Source: Dehalococcoidia bacterium (GTDB taxonomy: Bacteria; Chloroflexota; Dehalococcoidia; UBA2979). From it: DNA of 44,959 nucleotides. Positions 1 to 9,904 of the stretch are shown here, one piece after another. The translations under genes and the position numbers were made by a program. The stretch lies in the NCBI GenBank assembly GCA_022451865.1, contig JAKUNM010000005.1, positions 1-44,959 of the forward strand, written 5' to 3'. Under the pieces are notes generated by a model. That model did not search any database, was not told the origin of the DNA, and saw only the letters and a program-made list of their open reading frames with translations. The first letter of the stretch is position 1, and each line of letters starts with the position of its first letter.

Positions 1-2
1 TT

Positions 3-671
3 AATCCTTCTCCATATATGTATTATTTGCATTTCGATGATGCATATATTGTAGGTGCCTCACCAGAATTACTTGTTAATATTGAAGATGGTTTAGTAGA
101 AGTTCATCCTATTGCTGGAACTAGGCCACGTGGGGCAACGCCTGAACAAGATGACATATTTGCTGAGGAATTACGCCATGATCCTAAAGAGATAGCAGAA
201 CATCTGATGCTTCTTGATTTAGGTCGAAATGATGTAGGCAGAGTTTCTGTTCCTGGCAGTGTTAAGGTTACTCAACAGCTAGATTTAGAATATTATTCAC
301 ATGTAATGCATCTAGTCAGTCATGTACAAGGTTCATTATCTTCTTCTATGTCACCTTATGACGCACTACGTTCAGCATTTCCTGCAGGCACTGTTTCAGG
401 CGCACCAAAGATTCGTGCAATGGAAATAATTGCAGAACTTGAGCCCGATCAGCGTGGTATATATTCTGGCTCAGTTGGTTTTTTTGATATGTATGGGAAT
501 GTCGAAACTTGTATCACTATTCGTACACTAGTAATGAAAGATGGTTGGGCCCATGTACAAGCCGGTGCTGGCATAGTCTTTGATTCAGATCCTGATAAAG
601 AGCATGAAGAATGTGAACATAAAGCTCGTGCTTTGTTTGCTGCCATTGCAGATGCTGAACGTGCTAGTTAG
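3..671 (+). CDS. trpE: Anthranilate synthase component I (5'-truncated by window)
   Basis: Frame open from window start (NPSPYMYYL); motifs [54 protein letters not shown]; heads trp cluster. Confidence 0.93.
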   Translation, partial: NPSPYMYYLHFDDAYIVGASPELLVNIEDGLVEVHPIAGTRPRGATPEQDDIFAEELRHDPKEIAEHLMLLDLGRNDVGRVSVPGSVKVTQQLDLEYYSHVMHLVSHVQGSLSSSMSPYDALRSAFPAGTVSGAPKIRAMEIIAELEPDQRGIYSGSVGFFDMYGNVETCITIRTLVMKDGWAHVQAGAGIVFDSDPDKEHEECEHKARALFAAIADAERAS

Positions 672-697
672 TAAGTACACCGTATAAGGTTGTTGAT

Positions 698-1597
698 ATG
701 ACCTCAATAGATTCAAGATCTCCTCTATTAGCAGCTGCTGTTGCATTACGCCGACAAGACGGAAAAGTATTATTATTACAACATAAGAATCTTATTCCCT
801 TCCCAAAGAAATGGTCTTTCCCTGTCACTGTTGTGTCTGAATCCGAAACAGCTGAGGATGCAATTGAACGTGTATTACGTGATCATGTCCATATTCGCTC
901 TTCAGGTATTACATTCGTAGATACTGTATATGTAACAGGATCTGATGGTGCAAATTTTGTAATGAACATCTTTTACTGTGACAATTGGGAAGGTGAGCCT
1001 CAATATGATCCTCAAAATTATGATGATGCAATTTGGTATACGCCAGGTAATTTTGACGATCGCTACCAGGTTGTCTCGGAAATAAATACATGGATGGCAT
1101 CCTCTTTATTATCAGAAGAATATTCAAAAGTTGATCCTTATACGAAAGAATCATTAAAGAAATTGTTAATTGACTCTCGAAACCAACTTCTGAAGAGATT
1201 TCAATCCTTTTCGGATGAATCAAAATATGAGCAGTTATCTAGTGGATTAAGTCCAATTGATATAGTCATGCATGTTGCTGATTTAGAAACTTACTATGTT
1301 TCAGAAATTGATAGGATTATCACTATCCCAGGTCATAGTTGGCAACATTTCAATACAGATCAATGGCTTAGTATATACCGTATAGGAACATCATCTGACG
1401 CTACGATGGCGCATAATCGATTGAGGTTTGCACGTGAAAAAACAATGGAATGGCTGGATAGTTTATCTCAAAGTCAACTGGATCAATATGGGAATCATGC
1501 TGAAAGAGGTATTGTTGTCGTTGGTGAGCAAATTGCTGAGATATCACAACATGATCTGTTTCATGCTAATCAGTTAGAAATAAAGTCAATTCTCTGA
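698..1597 (+). CDS. NUDIX-fold (degenerate Nudix box) + DinB-like domain fusion protein
   Basis: N-half GKVLLLQH..WSFP....E.ETAEDAIER resembles the NUDIX fold; C-half has DinB-type His pattern (HVADLE ... HDLFHANQL). Confidence 0.7.
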   Translation: MTSIDSRSPLLAAAVALRRQDGKVLLLQHKNLIPFPKKWSFPVTVVSESETAEDAIERVLRDHVHIRSSGITFVDTVYVTGSDGANFVMNIFYCDNWEGEPQYDPQNYDDAIWYTPGNFDDRYQVVSEINTWMASSLLSEEYSKVDPYTKESLKKLLIDSRNQLLKRFQSFSDESKYEQLSSGLSPIDIVMHVADLETYYVSEIDRIITIPGHSWQHFNTDQWLSIYRIGTSSDATMAHNRLRFAREKTMEWLDSLSQSQLDQYGNHAERGIVVVGEQIAEISQHDLFHANQLEIKSIL

Positions 1598-1625
1598 AGT
1601 AAGCAACGCATCAAATGCCTTTGAT

Positions 1626-1634
1626 TGATATGAT
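1626..1634 (+). promoter_or_regulatory. Putative extended -10 element upstream of trpG
   Basis: TG-A-TATGAT at 1626-1634, followed by GGAG (1641-1644) and ATG at 1651. Confidence 0.4.
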
Positions 1635-1650
1635 GGTTTTGGAGCATACT

Positions 1651-2220
1651 ATGTTGTTATTAATAGATAATTACGATTCTTTTACTTATAACCTGTATCA
1701 ATATCTTTCAGAACTTGGCGTTGAAGTTGAAGTTTTTCGTAATGATAAAATTTCTGTTGAAGACTGTTTGGCTATGCAACCAGAACAAATCGTCATTTCA
1801 CCAGGGCCCTGTACTCCTCAAGAAGCTGGTATTTCTGTTCCACTTGTGCGATCGGCAGGAAATATACCATTGTTAGGCGTTTGTTTGGGGCATCAAGCTA
1901 TTGGCTCGGCATTTGGTGCTGAAGTCGTTCAAGCTGGTGAAATAATGCACGGAAAGACATCTCCAATCAATCATGATAATAAAGGAGTATTTACCGGTTT
2001 ATCTCAAGATTTTGATGCCATTCGATACCATTCATTAGTGTTAGAAAAAACTTCTATCCCTGATGATATTTCTGTGACCGCTACTACCTCTTCTGGACTT
2101 ATAATGGGAATACGACATAAAAAATTACCTATTGAGGGTGTTCAATTCCATCCTGAATCAATCATGACAGAGAATGGCCATCAACTATTGAAAAATTTTC
2201 TTAATTTTGGTGTTGATTAG
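1651..2220 (+). CDS. trpG: Anthranilate synthase component II (glutamine amidotransferase)
   Basis: MLLLIDNYDSFTYNL, ISPGPCTP, GVCLGHQ, GVQFHPES; start moved from 1615 to ATG 1651, which has a GGAG SD. Confidence 0.96.
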   Translation: MLLLIDNYDSFTYNLYQYLSELGVEVEVFRNDKISVEDCLAMQPEQIVISPGPCTPQEAGISVPLVRSAGNIPLLGVCLGHQAIGSAFGAEVVQAGEIMHGKTSPINHDNKGVFTGLSQDFDAIRYHSLVLEKTSIPDDISVTATTSSGLIMGIRHKKLPIEGVQFHPESIMTENGHQLLKNFLNFGVD

Positions 2221-2236
2221 ATTTTTAGGAGATTGC

Positions 2237-3283
2237 ATGATTCGCGAAGCACTTTTTTCAATAATCGACGAAAAAAGAAATTTAACTGAAGATGAAGCTT
2301 ACACGGTGATGGATTCTATAATGCGTGCAGGGAACGAGGAAACGGAAAATATTGTTACTCCTGCTCAATTTGGTGCCTTTCTAATAGCTTTAAGATTAAA
2401 AGGTGAGACAGTAGATGAAATTGACGGTATGGCTAGGTCTATGCGAGAGCATGCACTACATGTAGATGTTAATACACTACCTTTACTCGATACTTGCGGC
2501 ACAGGAGGGTCTTCAAAAAAAGTTTTTAATGCATCAACTGCAGCAGCGTTTATTGCTTCTGCTGCAGGAGCAAAAGTTGCAAAACATGGTAATCGTGCAA
2601 TGAGTTCACGATCGGGATCCGCTGATTTACTGGAAGAAATGGGCGCAGTTATTTCATTATCTCCTGACTCTGTTGGCCAATGCATTGAACAAGTTGGTAT
2701 TGGCTTTTTATTTGCTCAAGCTTTTCATCCGTCTATGAAATTCGCTGGTCCACTTCGCCCTCAAATAGGTGTCAGGACAATATTTAATATACTTGGCCCT
2801 TTAGCTAATCCAGCTCGGGCAAATTGTCATGTGATGGGTGCCCCAAGCAAAGAACTTGCAAGTAAATTAGCTAACTCTTTGGCACGTTTGGGTGTCAGGC
2901 ATGCGTTAGTTGTTTCTGGTGAAGATGGATTGGATGATTTAACAATTACTGGTCCATCAAATATATACGAAGTTAAGAGTGGCGAAGTTACTGAAAGAAT
3001 TGTAACACCTGAAGAAATGGGTCTCTCTCGATATCCTATAGAAGATATAATTGGTGGAGATCCATCAGACAATGCTCAGATTTTTCGTGACATACTAGCT
3101 GGCAAGGGATCTGATGCTATCCGTGATTTAATTCTATTTAATGCTGCTGCTGGTCTTTATGTGATAGGTTTAGCAGCTTCAATTAAAGATGGAATAAATA
3201 AGGCTGCAAAGGTAATAGAATCAGGTGAAGCGGCTGCAAAAGTTGCTGCTTTTATTGAAATGACACGAAGGCTTGAAGCTTGA
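2237..3283 (+). CDS. trpD: Anthranilate phosphoribosyltransferase
   Basis: DTCGTGG, FNAST, KVAKHGNRAMSSRSGSADLLE, RTIFNILGPLANP; ATG 2237 preceded by AGGAGA. Confidence 0.96.
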   Translation: MIREALFSIIDEKRNLTEDEAYTVMDSIMRAGNEETENIVTPAQFGAFLIALRLKGETVDEIDGMARSMREHALHVDVNTLPLLDTCGTGGSSKKVFNASTAAAFIASAAGAKVAKHGNRAMSSRSGSADLLEEMGAVISLSPDSVGQCIEQVGIGFLFAQAFHPSMKFAGPLRPQIGVRTIFNILGPLANPARANCHVMGAPSKELASKLANSLARLGVRHALVVSGEDGLDDLTITGPSNIYEVKSGEVTERIVTPEEMGLSRYPIEDIIGGDPSDNAQIFRDILAGKGSDAIRDLILFNAAAGLYVIGLAASIKDGINKAAKVIESGEAAAKVAAFIEMTRRLEA

Positions 3284-3293
3284 AAGTGGATAA

Positions 3294-4145
3294 ATGAATC
3301 TTAGTGGTGGTTTACGTCAAACTCAGACAATACTAGATCGCATAGTTGAAGTACGAGCCCAGAAATTAGTTTATGACAAAAAAATGCGTTCTGAAAGTGA
3401 GCTTCATGATCTTATTAAGGGCACTGTAAAACCATGTGATTTTACTAAAGTATTACTAAATGGCACGCATTTAACTCCCAAAAAAACACGAATTCGTTTA
3501 ATAGCAGAAATTAAGAGAGCATCTCCTAGTAAAGGTGATTTAAATTTGTCACTAGATGCTCCTAAACAAGCATTTCAATACTTAAGTGCCGGTGTTGCTG
3601 GTATTTCAGTTCTTACAGAGCCAGATTTTTTTAAAGGATCGATCGAAGATTTATCTAATATTCGTGTAATGATATCTGACGAACTTGGACGACCAGGCCT
3701 TCTACGTAAAGAATTCATTTGGGACACATATCAAATTATTGAAGCTCGTGCATTTGGTGCGGACTCTTTATTACTTATTGCCATGTTACTTGAACCCGTA
3801 TTGCTTAAAGAACTTATTCAATTTTCACGATCGATGGGAATGGAGCCCTTAGTAGAAATACATGATGAAAAAGAATTGGAGATTGCATTAGATGCTGATG
3901 CACGAATTATCGGGATCAATAATCGCGACTTAAGAAGCTTTAAGGAAGATCTAAATACTGCTGAACGATTGATACCTCTTATACCTGATGATCATATTAT
4001 TGTTGCAGAGTCCGCAATAAGAGAATTTGCTGATGTTGAGCGTATGATCATTGCAGGTGCTGATGCATTATTAGTAGGTGAAGCCTTGGTTAGGGAAAAA
4101 TTATCTAATCGAATAATTCAAACATTTATGGGAATAGAAGTTTAA
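3294..4145 (+). CDS. trpC: Indole-3-glycerol phosphate synthase
   Basis: LIAEIKRASPSKG, ISVLTEPDFFKGS, LVEIH, IGINNRDL, VAES, LLVGEAL. Confidence 0.96.
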   Translation: MNLSGGLRQTQTILDRIVEVRAQKLVYDKKMRSESELHDLIKGTVKPCDFTKVLLNGTHLTPKKTRIRLIAEIKRASPSKGDLNLSLDAPKQAFQYLSAGVAGISVLTEPDFFKGSIEDLSNIRVMISDELGRPGLLRKEFIWDTYQIIEARAFGADSLLLIAMLLEPVLLKELIQFSRSMGMEPLVEIHDEKELEIALDADARIIGINNRDLRSFKEDLNTAERLIPLIPDDHIIVAESAIREFADVERMIIAGADALLVGEALVREKLSNRIIQTFMGIEV

Positions 4146-4156
4146 TAGGATTGTTT

Positions 4157-4903
4157 ATGACACTAGTTAAAATTTGTGGAAATCAAACCCCTGAGGACAT
4201 AATGTTTGCGGCTTCAGCAGGTGCAGATTTTGTCGGTTTGATTTTCGCAAAATCAAACCGACAAGTTTCTATACCACAAGCTCATGCAATGCTCCGTTCC
4301 TTGGGCGAACCATTAGAATCAAATGAATTTTCAGTACCACCATCAGTACAGAGTGATAATAGTCTGAATGAATCATCTTGGTTTCACCAAGGTGCATCTG
4401 TTATTGAAAATTATCTCAAAATTAAAAAACCTCTAACTGTAGGTGTATTTGCCGATCAACCAATTGAGCAAATAAATGAAATTGTAGAAGAATTGGGAAT
4501 TGATCTTGTTCAATTCTCAGGTTCTGAATCTTGGTCAGACTGTTTATTAGTAACGAAACAAGTTATTAAAGTTGTTCATGTTACAGAAACTTCTACATCT
4601 TCAGAAATTGAAGAAAAGATTCAATTAGGATTCTCTATTGGTCTTGGATTAGATTCCTCTTTTGGTAAATATGGTGGCGGAAGTGGTAAATCATTTAACT
4701 GGGATATTGCTGAGCAAATTGCTCACAAATGGCCAATTATGCTAAGCGGAGGACTTAATCCAATGAATGTTAGAGATGCTATTAATAAAATATCTCCTTG
4801 GGTAGTTGATGTGTCTAGTGGTACTGAAGTAAATGGAAAAAAAGATTATGCTCTAGTCGAAAAATTTATCGATACAGTTCATGCTGTTGATCTAGAAGTT
4901 TAA
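4157..4903 (+). CDS. trpF: Phosphoribosylanthranilate isomerase with internal insertion
   Basis: VKICG, GADFVGLIF, VGVF, GGGSGKSFNW, LSGGLNPMNV, VDVSSGTE; ATG 4157 after AGGA (ORF track starts at TTG 4151). Confidence 0.93.
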   Translation: MTLVKICGNQTPEDIMFAASAGADFVGLIFAKSNRQVSIPQAHAMLRSLGEPLESNEFSVPPSVQSDNSLNESSWFHQGASVIENYLKIKKPLTVGVFADQPIEQINEIVEELGIDLVQFSGSESWSDCLLVTKQVIKVVHVTETSTSSEIEEKIQLGFSIGLGLDSSFGKYGGGSGKSFNWDIAEQIAHKWPIMLSGGLNPMNVRDAINKISPWVVDVSSGTEVNGKKDYALVEKFIDTVHAVDLEV

Positions 4904-4952
4904 TTGGCTGATCATATATTAAGAAAATTAATTGTGTAAGTAAGAAAGAAAA

Positions 4953-6146
4953 ATGAAAACATCTCAACCAGACGCTGGAGGACATTTTGGAGATTTTGGG
5001 GGTAAATATATTCCTGAAACTCTGATGCCTGCTGTCGCTGAACTTGAAGAATGTTATTTTGATGCAAAAAATGATCCTGAATTTATGAATACTTTGGCGC
5101 ATTTTCTAAAAAACTATGTGGGTAGACCAACTCCATTAACATTTGCTTCACGGCTTTCAGATTTTCTTGGAATAAAAATTTATTTGAAGCGTGAAGATTT
5201 AGCCCATACGGGTGCTCATAAAATTAACGCAGCCTTAGCACAAGGTTTACTAGCGAAGAGGATGGGAAAGCGACGCGTTATAGCAGAAACCGGTGCAGGT
5301 CAACATGGTGTTGCAACTGCCACTGTATGTGCTTTATTGGACTTGGATTGTGTTATCTATATGGGTGAAGAAGATATTCTAAGACAAAGTTTGAATGTTT
5401 TCCGTATGAAATTACTTGGTGCTGAAGTGAGAGCTGTAGATTCAGGATCTCGAACTCTTAAGGATGCTACTAACGAAGCAATACGTGATTGGGTAACAAA
5501 TGTTAGAGATACTTATTACATAATTGGTAGTGTAGTAGGTCCTCATCCTTATCCAATGATGGTCCGTGATTTTCAGTCAATAATTGGTAAAGAAGCTCGA
5601 GAACAAATTTTAACGGAAATAGGACAACTGCCCTCTATATGTTTGGCATGTGTAGGTGGAGGATCTAATGCGATAGGACTCTTTTATCCTTTCCTGGAGG
5701 ATGATGTACGTTTGATTGGAATAGAGGCTGCTGGACAGGGATTAAATGCTAAACACGCAGCAACAATTAGTAAAGGCTCCCCTGGAATTTTACATGGCGC
5801 ACGCTCTTTTCTTCTTCAGGACAATTGGGGTCAAGTAATTGAAGCGCATTCTATATCTGCAGGTCTAGATTATCCTGGTGTTGGACCTGAGCATTCCTGG
5901 TTAAAAGTCAATGAACGTGCTGAATATTATTCAATTACCGATTTAGAAGCATTAGAGGGTTTGAAGTTACTTTCTGAGACTGAAGGCATTATTCCTGCCC
6001 TTGAAACTTCGCATGCTGTTGCATTTCTATCTAAAATTGCTTCTGAATTAAATTCTGATGATGTTGTGATTCTGAACGTTAGTGGTCGTGGTGATAAAGA
6101 TATGAGTACAGTCGCCAATACTCTTGGAGTGGCGGATGGTTCCTAA
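4953..6146 (+). CDS. trpB: Tryptophan synthase beta chain
   Basis: [15 protein letters not shown] (PLP Lys), [37 protein letters not shown]. Confidence 0.98.
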   Translation: MKTSQPDAGGHFGDFGGKYIPETLMPAVAELEECYFDAKNDPEFMNTLAHFLKNYVGRPTPLTFASRLSDFLGIKIYLKREDLAHTGAHKINAALAQGLLAKRMGKRRVIAETGAGQHGVATATVCALLDLDCVIYMGEEDILRQSLNVFRMKLLGAEVRAVDSGSRTLKDATNEAIRDWVTNVRDTYYIIGSVVGPHPYPMMVRDFQSIIGKEAREQILTEIGQLPSICLACVGGGSNAIGLFYPFLEDDVRLIGIEAAGQGLNAKHAATISKGSPGILHGARSFLLQDNWGQVIEAHSISAGLDYPGVGPEHSWLKVNERAEYYSITDLEALEGLKLLSETEGIIPALETSHAVAFLSKIASELNSDDVVILNVSGRGDKDMSTVANTLGVADGS

Positions 6147-6909
6147 GAAGTACCTATATGAAGATAGGTTTTTCCCAGAAAAATCTTCTTCTCTTAGCAA
6201 GCAACAATTGTGGTATAGGAAAGATCTACTTTTTGGGCTTTTTGGAATGATTATTGGGTTCGCCATAATTTTTTCTCTGTTGGTTCCAATAAGCATGAAT
6301 GTTGATATGGCGGATTGGTCATTAGATATTGTTACTTTCACTCTAACTATTTTTTGGCAATTGAGTTTTATATTTTTAGTGATTTTTCTTGCAAGAAGAA
6401 GAAATTTAAATTTTTCCCATATTGGCTTTCGTAAACCAAAAGATTGGAAAATAGTAATATCTTTAGTTCTTGGTTGTTATGGGATCTTAATTTTATATGG
6501 TTTATTGATTGAATTAATTTCTTCTGTAGGTATAGATCCTGGATTGTTTAAAGGCACTAATCAAATAGCTATTGCAGAGACCGGTTCTTTATTACAGACA
6601 TTCCTATACATTACTGTATTGGCAATAGCTGTTGTCATTGTGGCCCCCATTGCTGAGGAAGTGTTTTTTCGTGGGTTAATATATCGTGCTATCGGTGGAA
6701 TGTATTCGCCACTATGGGGAATGATCATAAGTGGTCTTTTATTTGGATTGTTCCATTTTAATTTAGGTGTCTTGGTTCCTTTTTCATTAATTGGTATTTT
6801 GTTAGCTTGGGGATTTCAATCAAGTGGATCTTTATTTGTCCCTATGATGGTTCATTTTGTTATCAATTCAATTAGTTTTGTTGTAACGGTAGTTGGAGGC
6901 ATTTTTTGA
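6136..6909 (+). CDS. CPBP family (CAAX protease-like/Abi) intramembrane metalloprotease
   Basis: Multiple hydrophobic helices; [24 protein letters not shown] motifs; ATG 6136 follows GGAG and overlaps the trpB end. Confidence 0.88.
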   Translation: MVPKKYLYEDRFFPEKSSSLSKQQLWYRKDLLFGLFGMIIGFAIIFSLLVPISMNVDMADWSLDIVTFTLTIFWQLSFIFLVIFLARRRNLNFSHIGFRKPKDWKIVISLVLGCYGILILYGLLIELISSVGIDPGLFKGTNQIAIAETGSLLQTFLYITVLAIAVVIVAPIAEEVFFRGLIYRAIGGMYSPLWGMIISGLLFGLFHFNLGVLVPFSLIGILLAWGFQSSGSLFVPMMVHFVINSISFVVTVVGGIF

Positions 6910-7736
6910 ATTTTTCATCAGATTTGAATACTTCTGATCGAATATCAGAAATGTTTCGCAAACTAAAAAATGAATCTCGCCCTGCATTAATCCCATTTGT
7001 GCCTGCCGGGTGGCCAGAATTTGATGCAACAATTGACATTGTGAAAACAGTCGAAAAAGCTGGAGCAGACGCCATTGAATTGGGCTTACCGTTTAGTGAT
7101 CCTTTAGCTGATGGTGTAACAAACCAAAATGCTTATTATGAAGCTATTCAGCAAGGAACGAATACTAGTACTGTGTTAGAAACAGTAAGTCTTCTGCGTA
7201 AAGAAGGTATTGAATTTCCTATAATAGTGATGGGGTATTTTAATCCTATTTTTACTTATGGATCTGCTCGTTGGGTTAAAGATGCTAAAGAAGCAGGTGT
7301 TGATGCTTTGATCGTAGTTGATTTACCTCCTGGTGAATCAAACGAATTGGAGTCAGCAGCTAAAAATTCTGGATTGCATCTAATATATTTAGTTGCTCCC
7401 ACCTCCAATCCTGAAAGATTGAGGCATGTCGCGAATTATGCAAGCGGTTTTTTATATTGTGTAAGTCTCACAGGGACAACGGGAGCACGATCGGAGTTAT
7501 CATCTGAGTTACCTGATTTTATACATCGAGTCAGTGAATATGTTGATCTACCACTTGCGATTGGTTTTGGAATTTCTGAAAGAAAGCATGTTGAAGAGGT
7601 TGGAAAACTAGCAGATGCAGCGATAATAGGAAGTGCTTTTGTTCGTACTATTTCAGAGGCATCCTTGGAAGAGAGATCTATCGAAATAGTTAAATTTATT
7701 CGCCAAATGAAAGGTGAAGATAGCGACTTTTCATAA
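6906..7736 (+). CDS. trpA: Tryptophan synthase alpha chain
   Basis: IELGLPFSDPLADG, MGYFNPI, VDLPPGE, LVAPTS, SLTGTTG, IGFGIS, IIGSAFV; exact start uncertain (TTG 6906). Confidence 0.97.
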   Translation: MNFSSDLNTSDRISEMFRKLKNESRPALIPFVPAGWPEFDATIDIVKTVEKAGADAIELGLPFSDPLADGVTNQNAYYEAIQQGTNTSTVLETVSLLRKEGIEFPIIVMGYFNPIFTYGSARWVKDAKEAGVDALIVVDLPPGESNELESAAKNSGLHLIYLVAPTSNPERLRHVANYASGFLYCVSLTGTTGARSELSSELPDFIHRVSEYVDLPLAIGFGISERKHVEEVGKLADAAIIGSAFVRTISEASLEERSIEIVKFIRQMKGEDSDFS

Positions 7737-7760
7737 ATCCAAGGGAAGGATAATCGTATT

Positions 7761-8126
7761 ATGATGCTTCGCGGTATAAGGGGTGCTACTACTGTTTCGG
7801 AAAACTCTAGAGAAGATATACTAGATCGTACTAGTGAATTGCTTGCTAGGATTGTTGATGCAAATGCAATAAATAAAGATGATGTTGCTTCAATTATTTT
7901 TAGTTGCACTAGAGATTTAGATGCTGTTTTCCCTGCTGAAGCCGCCAGGGCGGATGGTTGGACAGAAGTTGCATTAGAATGTTTTTCTGAGATGTATGTA
8001 GAAGATGGACTAGAATCATGCATACGTATACTTATGCATGTCAATACGGAAAAATCAAATGTTCAACTTAATCATATTTACCTTCATGGTGCTATGGGTC
8101 TTAGGACAGATTTGGTTAATGAATAG
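7761..8126 (+). CDS. aroH: Chorismate mutase, AroH class
   Basis: RGIRGATTV, DLDAVFPAEAAR, CIRILMH, HIYLHGAMGLRTDL. Confidence 0.93.
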   Translation: MMLRGIRGATTVSENSREDILDRTSELLARIVDANAINKDDVASIIFSCTRDLDAVFPAEAARADGWTEVALECFSEMYVEDGLESCIRILMHVNTEKSNVQLNHIYLHGAMGLRTDLVNE

Positions 8127-8147
8127 AGATACTTACAAAGGTATTAA

Positions 8148-8951
8148 ATGAATCAAGAAAAGCCTATCGATTCTGAAGAAAGTAATGAGCCTTTTCAACT
8201 TGTTCTTTCCACTGCTGAAGGTAGTTTTAATGGCCCTCTGGATTTGCTTTTACAGCTAATTGAACATAATGAGTTAGATATTACAGAAATTTCACTGCTT
8301 TTTGTCACTGAACAATACTTAACTTATTTAAGATCTGCAGAAGAAATGCATCTTGCTGATCTTGCTGATTTTGTTGCTATTGGTGCTAGATTATTATTAC
8401 TGAAGTCACGTGCTCTAATACCTAAAGAAGATCAAGATACAGACAATGAAGATGAAGATTCTGAAGATTTGTTGGCCGCACTGCAGGAATACAAAAGATT
8501 TAAGGATGCTGTGGAATTTCTGCGTGATAGGGATACTACATTTCAAAGTTATAGGAGAGAGGTGCCTGCTCCTGAATTTATAATGCCTACTGGACTAGAT
8601 ACTGTTACAACAAATTCTTTAGTTGAAATGCTTCGTGAGGTAATGGATCGTCTACCAGAAAATGAAACAGCGAATAATGAAGTTATCGAGCGCATTCGTT
8701 TACGCGATAGATTACGTGATTTAGTCGATTTGCTTGAATTGAATGGTCGTACCAGCTTTCGGAGCATTATTGGGAACGCAACTTCAAAAATGTCGGTTGT
8801 TGTAGACTTTTTGGCAGTATTAGAATTGATAAAAGCACAGTATCTTGAAGCAATTCAATCAGAAGATTTTGGTGATATTGATCTGATAAAAATTCTAAAT
8901 GCAGTCCCACCAGATTTTGCACAAATCGAAGATAATTTCATAACTATATAG
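8148..8951 (+). CDS. scpA: Segregation and condensation protein A (SMC kleisin)
   Basis: FNGPLDLLLQLI, ARLLLLKSRALIP, LQEYKRFK, FLAVLELIK..Q.EDFGDI. Confidence 0.93.
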   Translation: MNQEKPIDSEESNEPFQLVLSTAEGSFNGPLDLLLQLIEHNELDITEISLLFVTEQYLTYLRSAEEMHLADLADFVAIGARLLLLKSRALIPKEDQDTDNEDEDSEDLLAALQEYKRFKDAVEFLRDRDTTFQSYRREVPAPEFIMPTGLDTVTTNSLVEMLREVMDRLPENETANNEVIERIRLRDRLRDLVDLLELNGRTSFRSIIGNATSKMSVVVDFLAVLELIKAQYLEAIQSEDFGDIDLIKILNAVPPDFAQIEDNFITI

Positions 8952-8980
8952 TGCGTAATTTATTATAGGGAGTGATATAA

Positions 8981-9904
8981 GTGTCGTTAGTTCAAGAAGA
9001 ACTTAGAGCTACTGTTTCTCCAGGTCAGCATGTAATAGCTGTCGGAGTTTTTGATGGCGTTCATAGAGGTCATCAAATGTTGTTGCAAAAAATGCTTTCG
9101 GAAGCATCACGAAGAAATATCACTGGTGGCGTAATTACTTTCTATCCTCATCCTATTGCTGTCATTAATCCCGAGATAAAAATTTCATATTTAGAATCCC
9201 TAGAACGTCGCCTTGAATTGCTAAATGAATTTGGAGTTGATTTTGTTTCTGTTTTACAATTCACTTCAGAATTACAGCAAGTTACTGCAAAAGATTTTGC
9301 TGCAATGTTAGTTCGTGAAGCTGGTTTAGAAGTTCTTGTTGTTGGCGAAAATTTTCGAGTTGGTCGTGGTGGTGAAGGTGATGTCTCCTATCTTTCATCT
9401 CTGGGTGATAGTATGGGATTTGAAGTTATTCCTGTTCCGCTTTTTGAAGATAATTCAGGCTATTTTTCCAGTACGCGAATACGTGAAGCTTTACATGCAG
9501 GGAAAATGGAAGTGGTGAATGATTTGTTAGGTCGCCCGTACGCATTACGTGGTCCAGTTCTGCACGGTGATCATCGTGGAAGGGAAATTGGATTTCCGAC
9601 ACTCAATATTGACACAAGTATTGATCGACAGTTGCCACCAGATGGTGTTTACATTACAGAGGCATTAATCAGGGATAAAAAAATTCCGAGTTGTACCAAT
9701 ATAGGGTTACGACCTACATTTGGATCTAACGGGACACGTCTTATTGAAACACATTTGCTAGATTTTGATGACGATCTTTATGGTGAAATTGTGACCATTG
9801 AATTGCTGAGGTACCTTCGTCCAGAAATGAAATTTACTGGTGTTGAAGAATTGACCCAACAGATTGAGATCGATCTTACAAAAACAAGGGCTTGGTTTGC
9901 ATGA
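8981..9904 (+). CDS. ribF: Bifunctional FMN adenylyltransferase/riboflavin kinase
   Basis: GVFDGVHRGHQ, SSTRIR, LLGRPY, RGREIGFPTLN, NIGLRPTF, IETHLLDF. Confidence 0.96.
   Translation: MSLVQEELRATVSPGQHVIAVGVFDGVHRGHQMLLQKMLSEASRRNITGGVITFYPHPIAVINPEIKISYLESLERRLELLNEFGVDFVSVLQFTSELQQVTAKDFAAMLVREAGLEVLVVGENFRVGRGGEGDVSYLSSLGDSMGFEVIPVPLFEDNSGYFSSTRIREALHAGKMEVVNDLLGRPYALRGPVLHGDHRGREIGFPTLNIDTSIDRQLPPDGVYITEALIRDKKIPSCTNIGLRPTFGSNGTRLIETHLLDFDDDLYGEIVTIELLRYLRPEMKFTGVEELTQQIEIDLTKTRAWFA

Noticed and set aside
6136-6909. CPBP/Abi gene as an anti-phage abortive-infection system
   Set aside because: The family name is historical; no defence-island context here
7436-8044. 202-aa antisense ORF over trpA/aroH
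   Set aside because: Fully shadows two well-supported genes; Ser/Ile-rich composition typical of antisense frames; no motif
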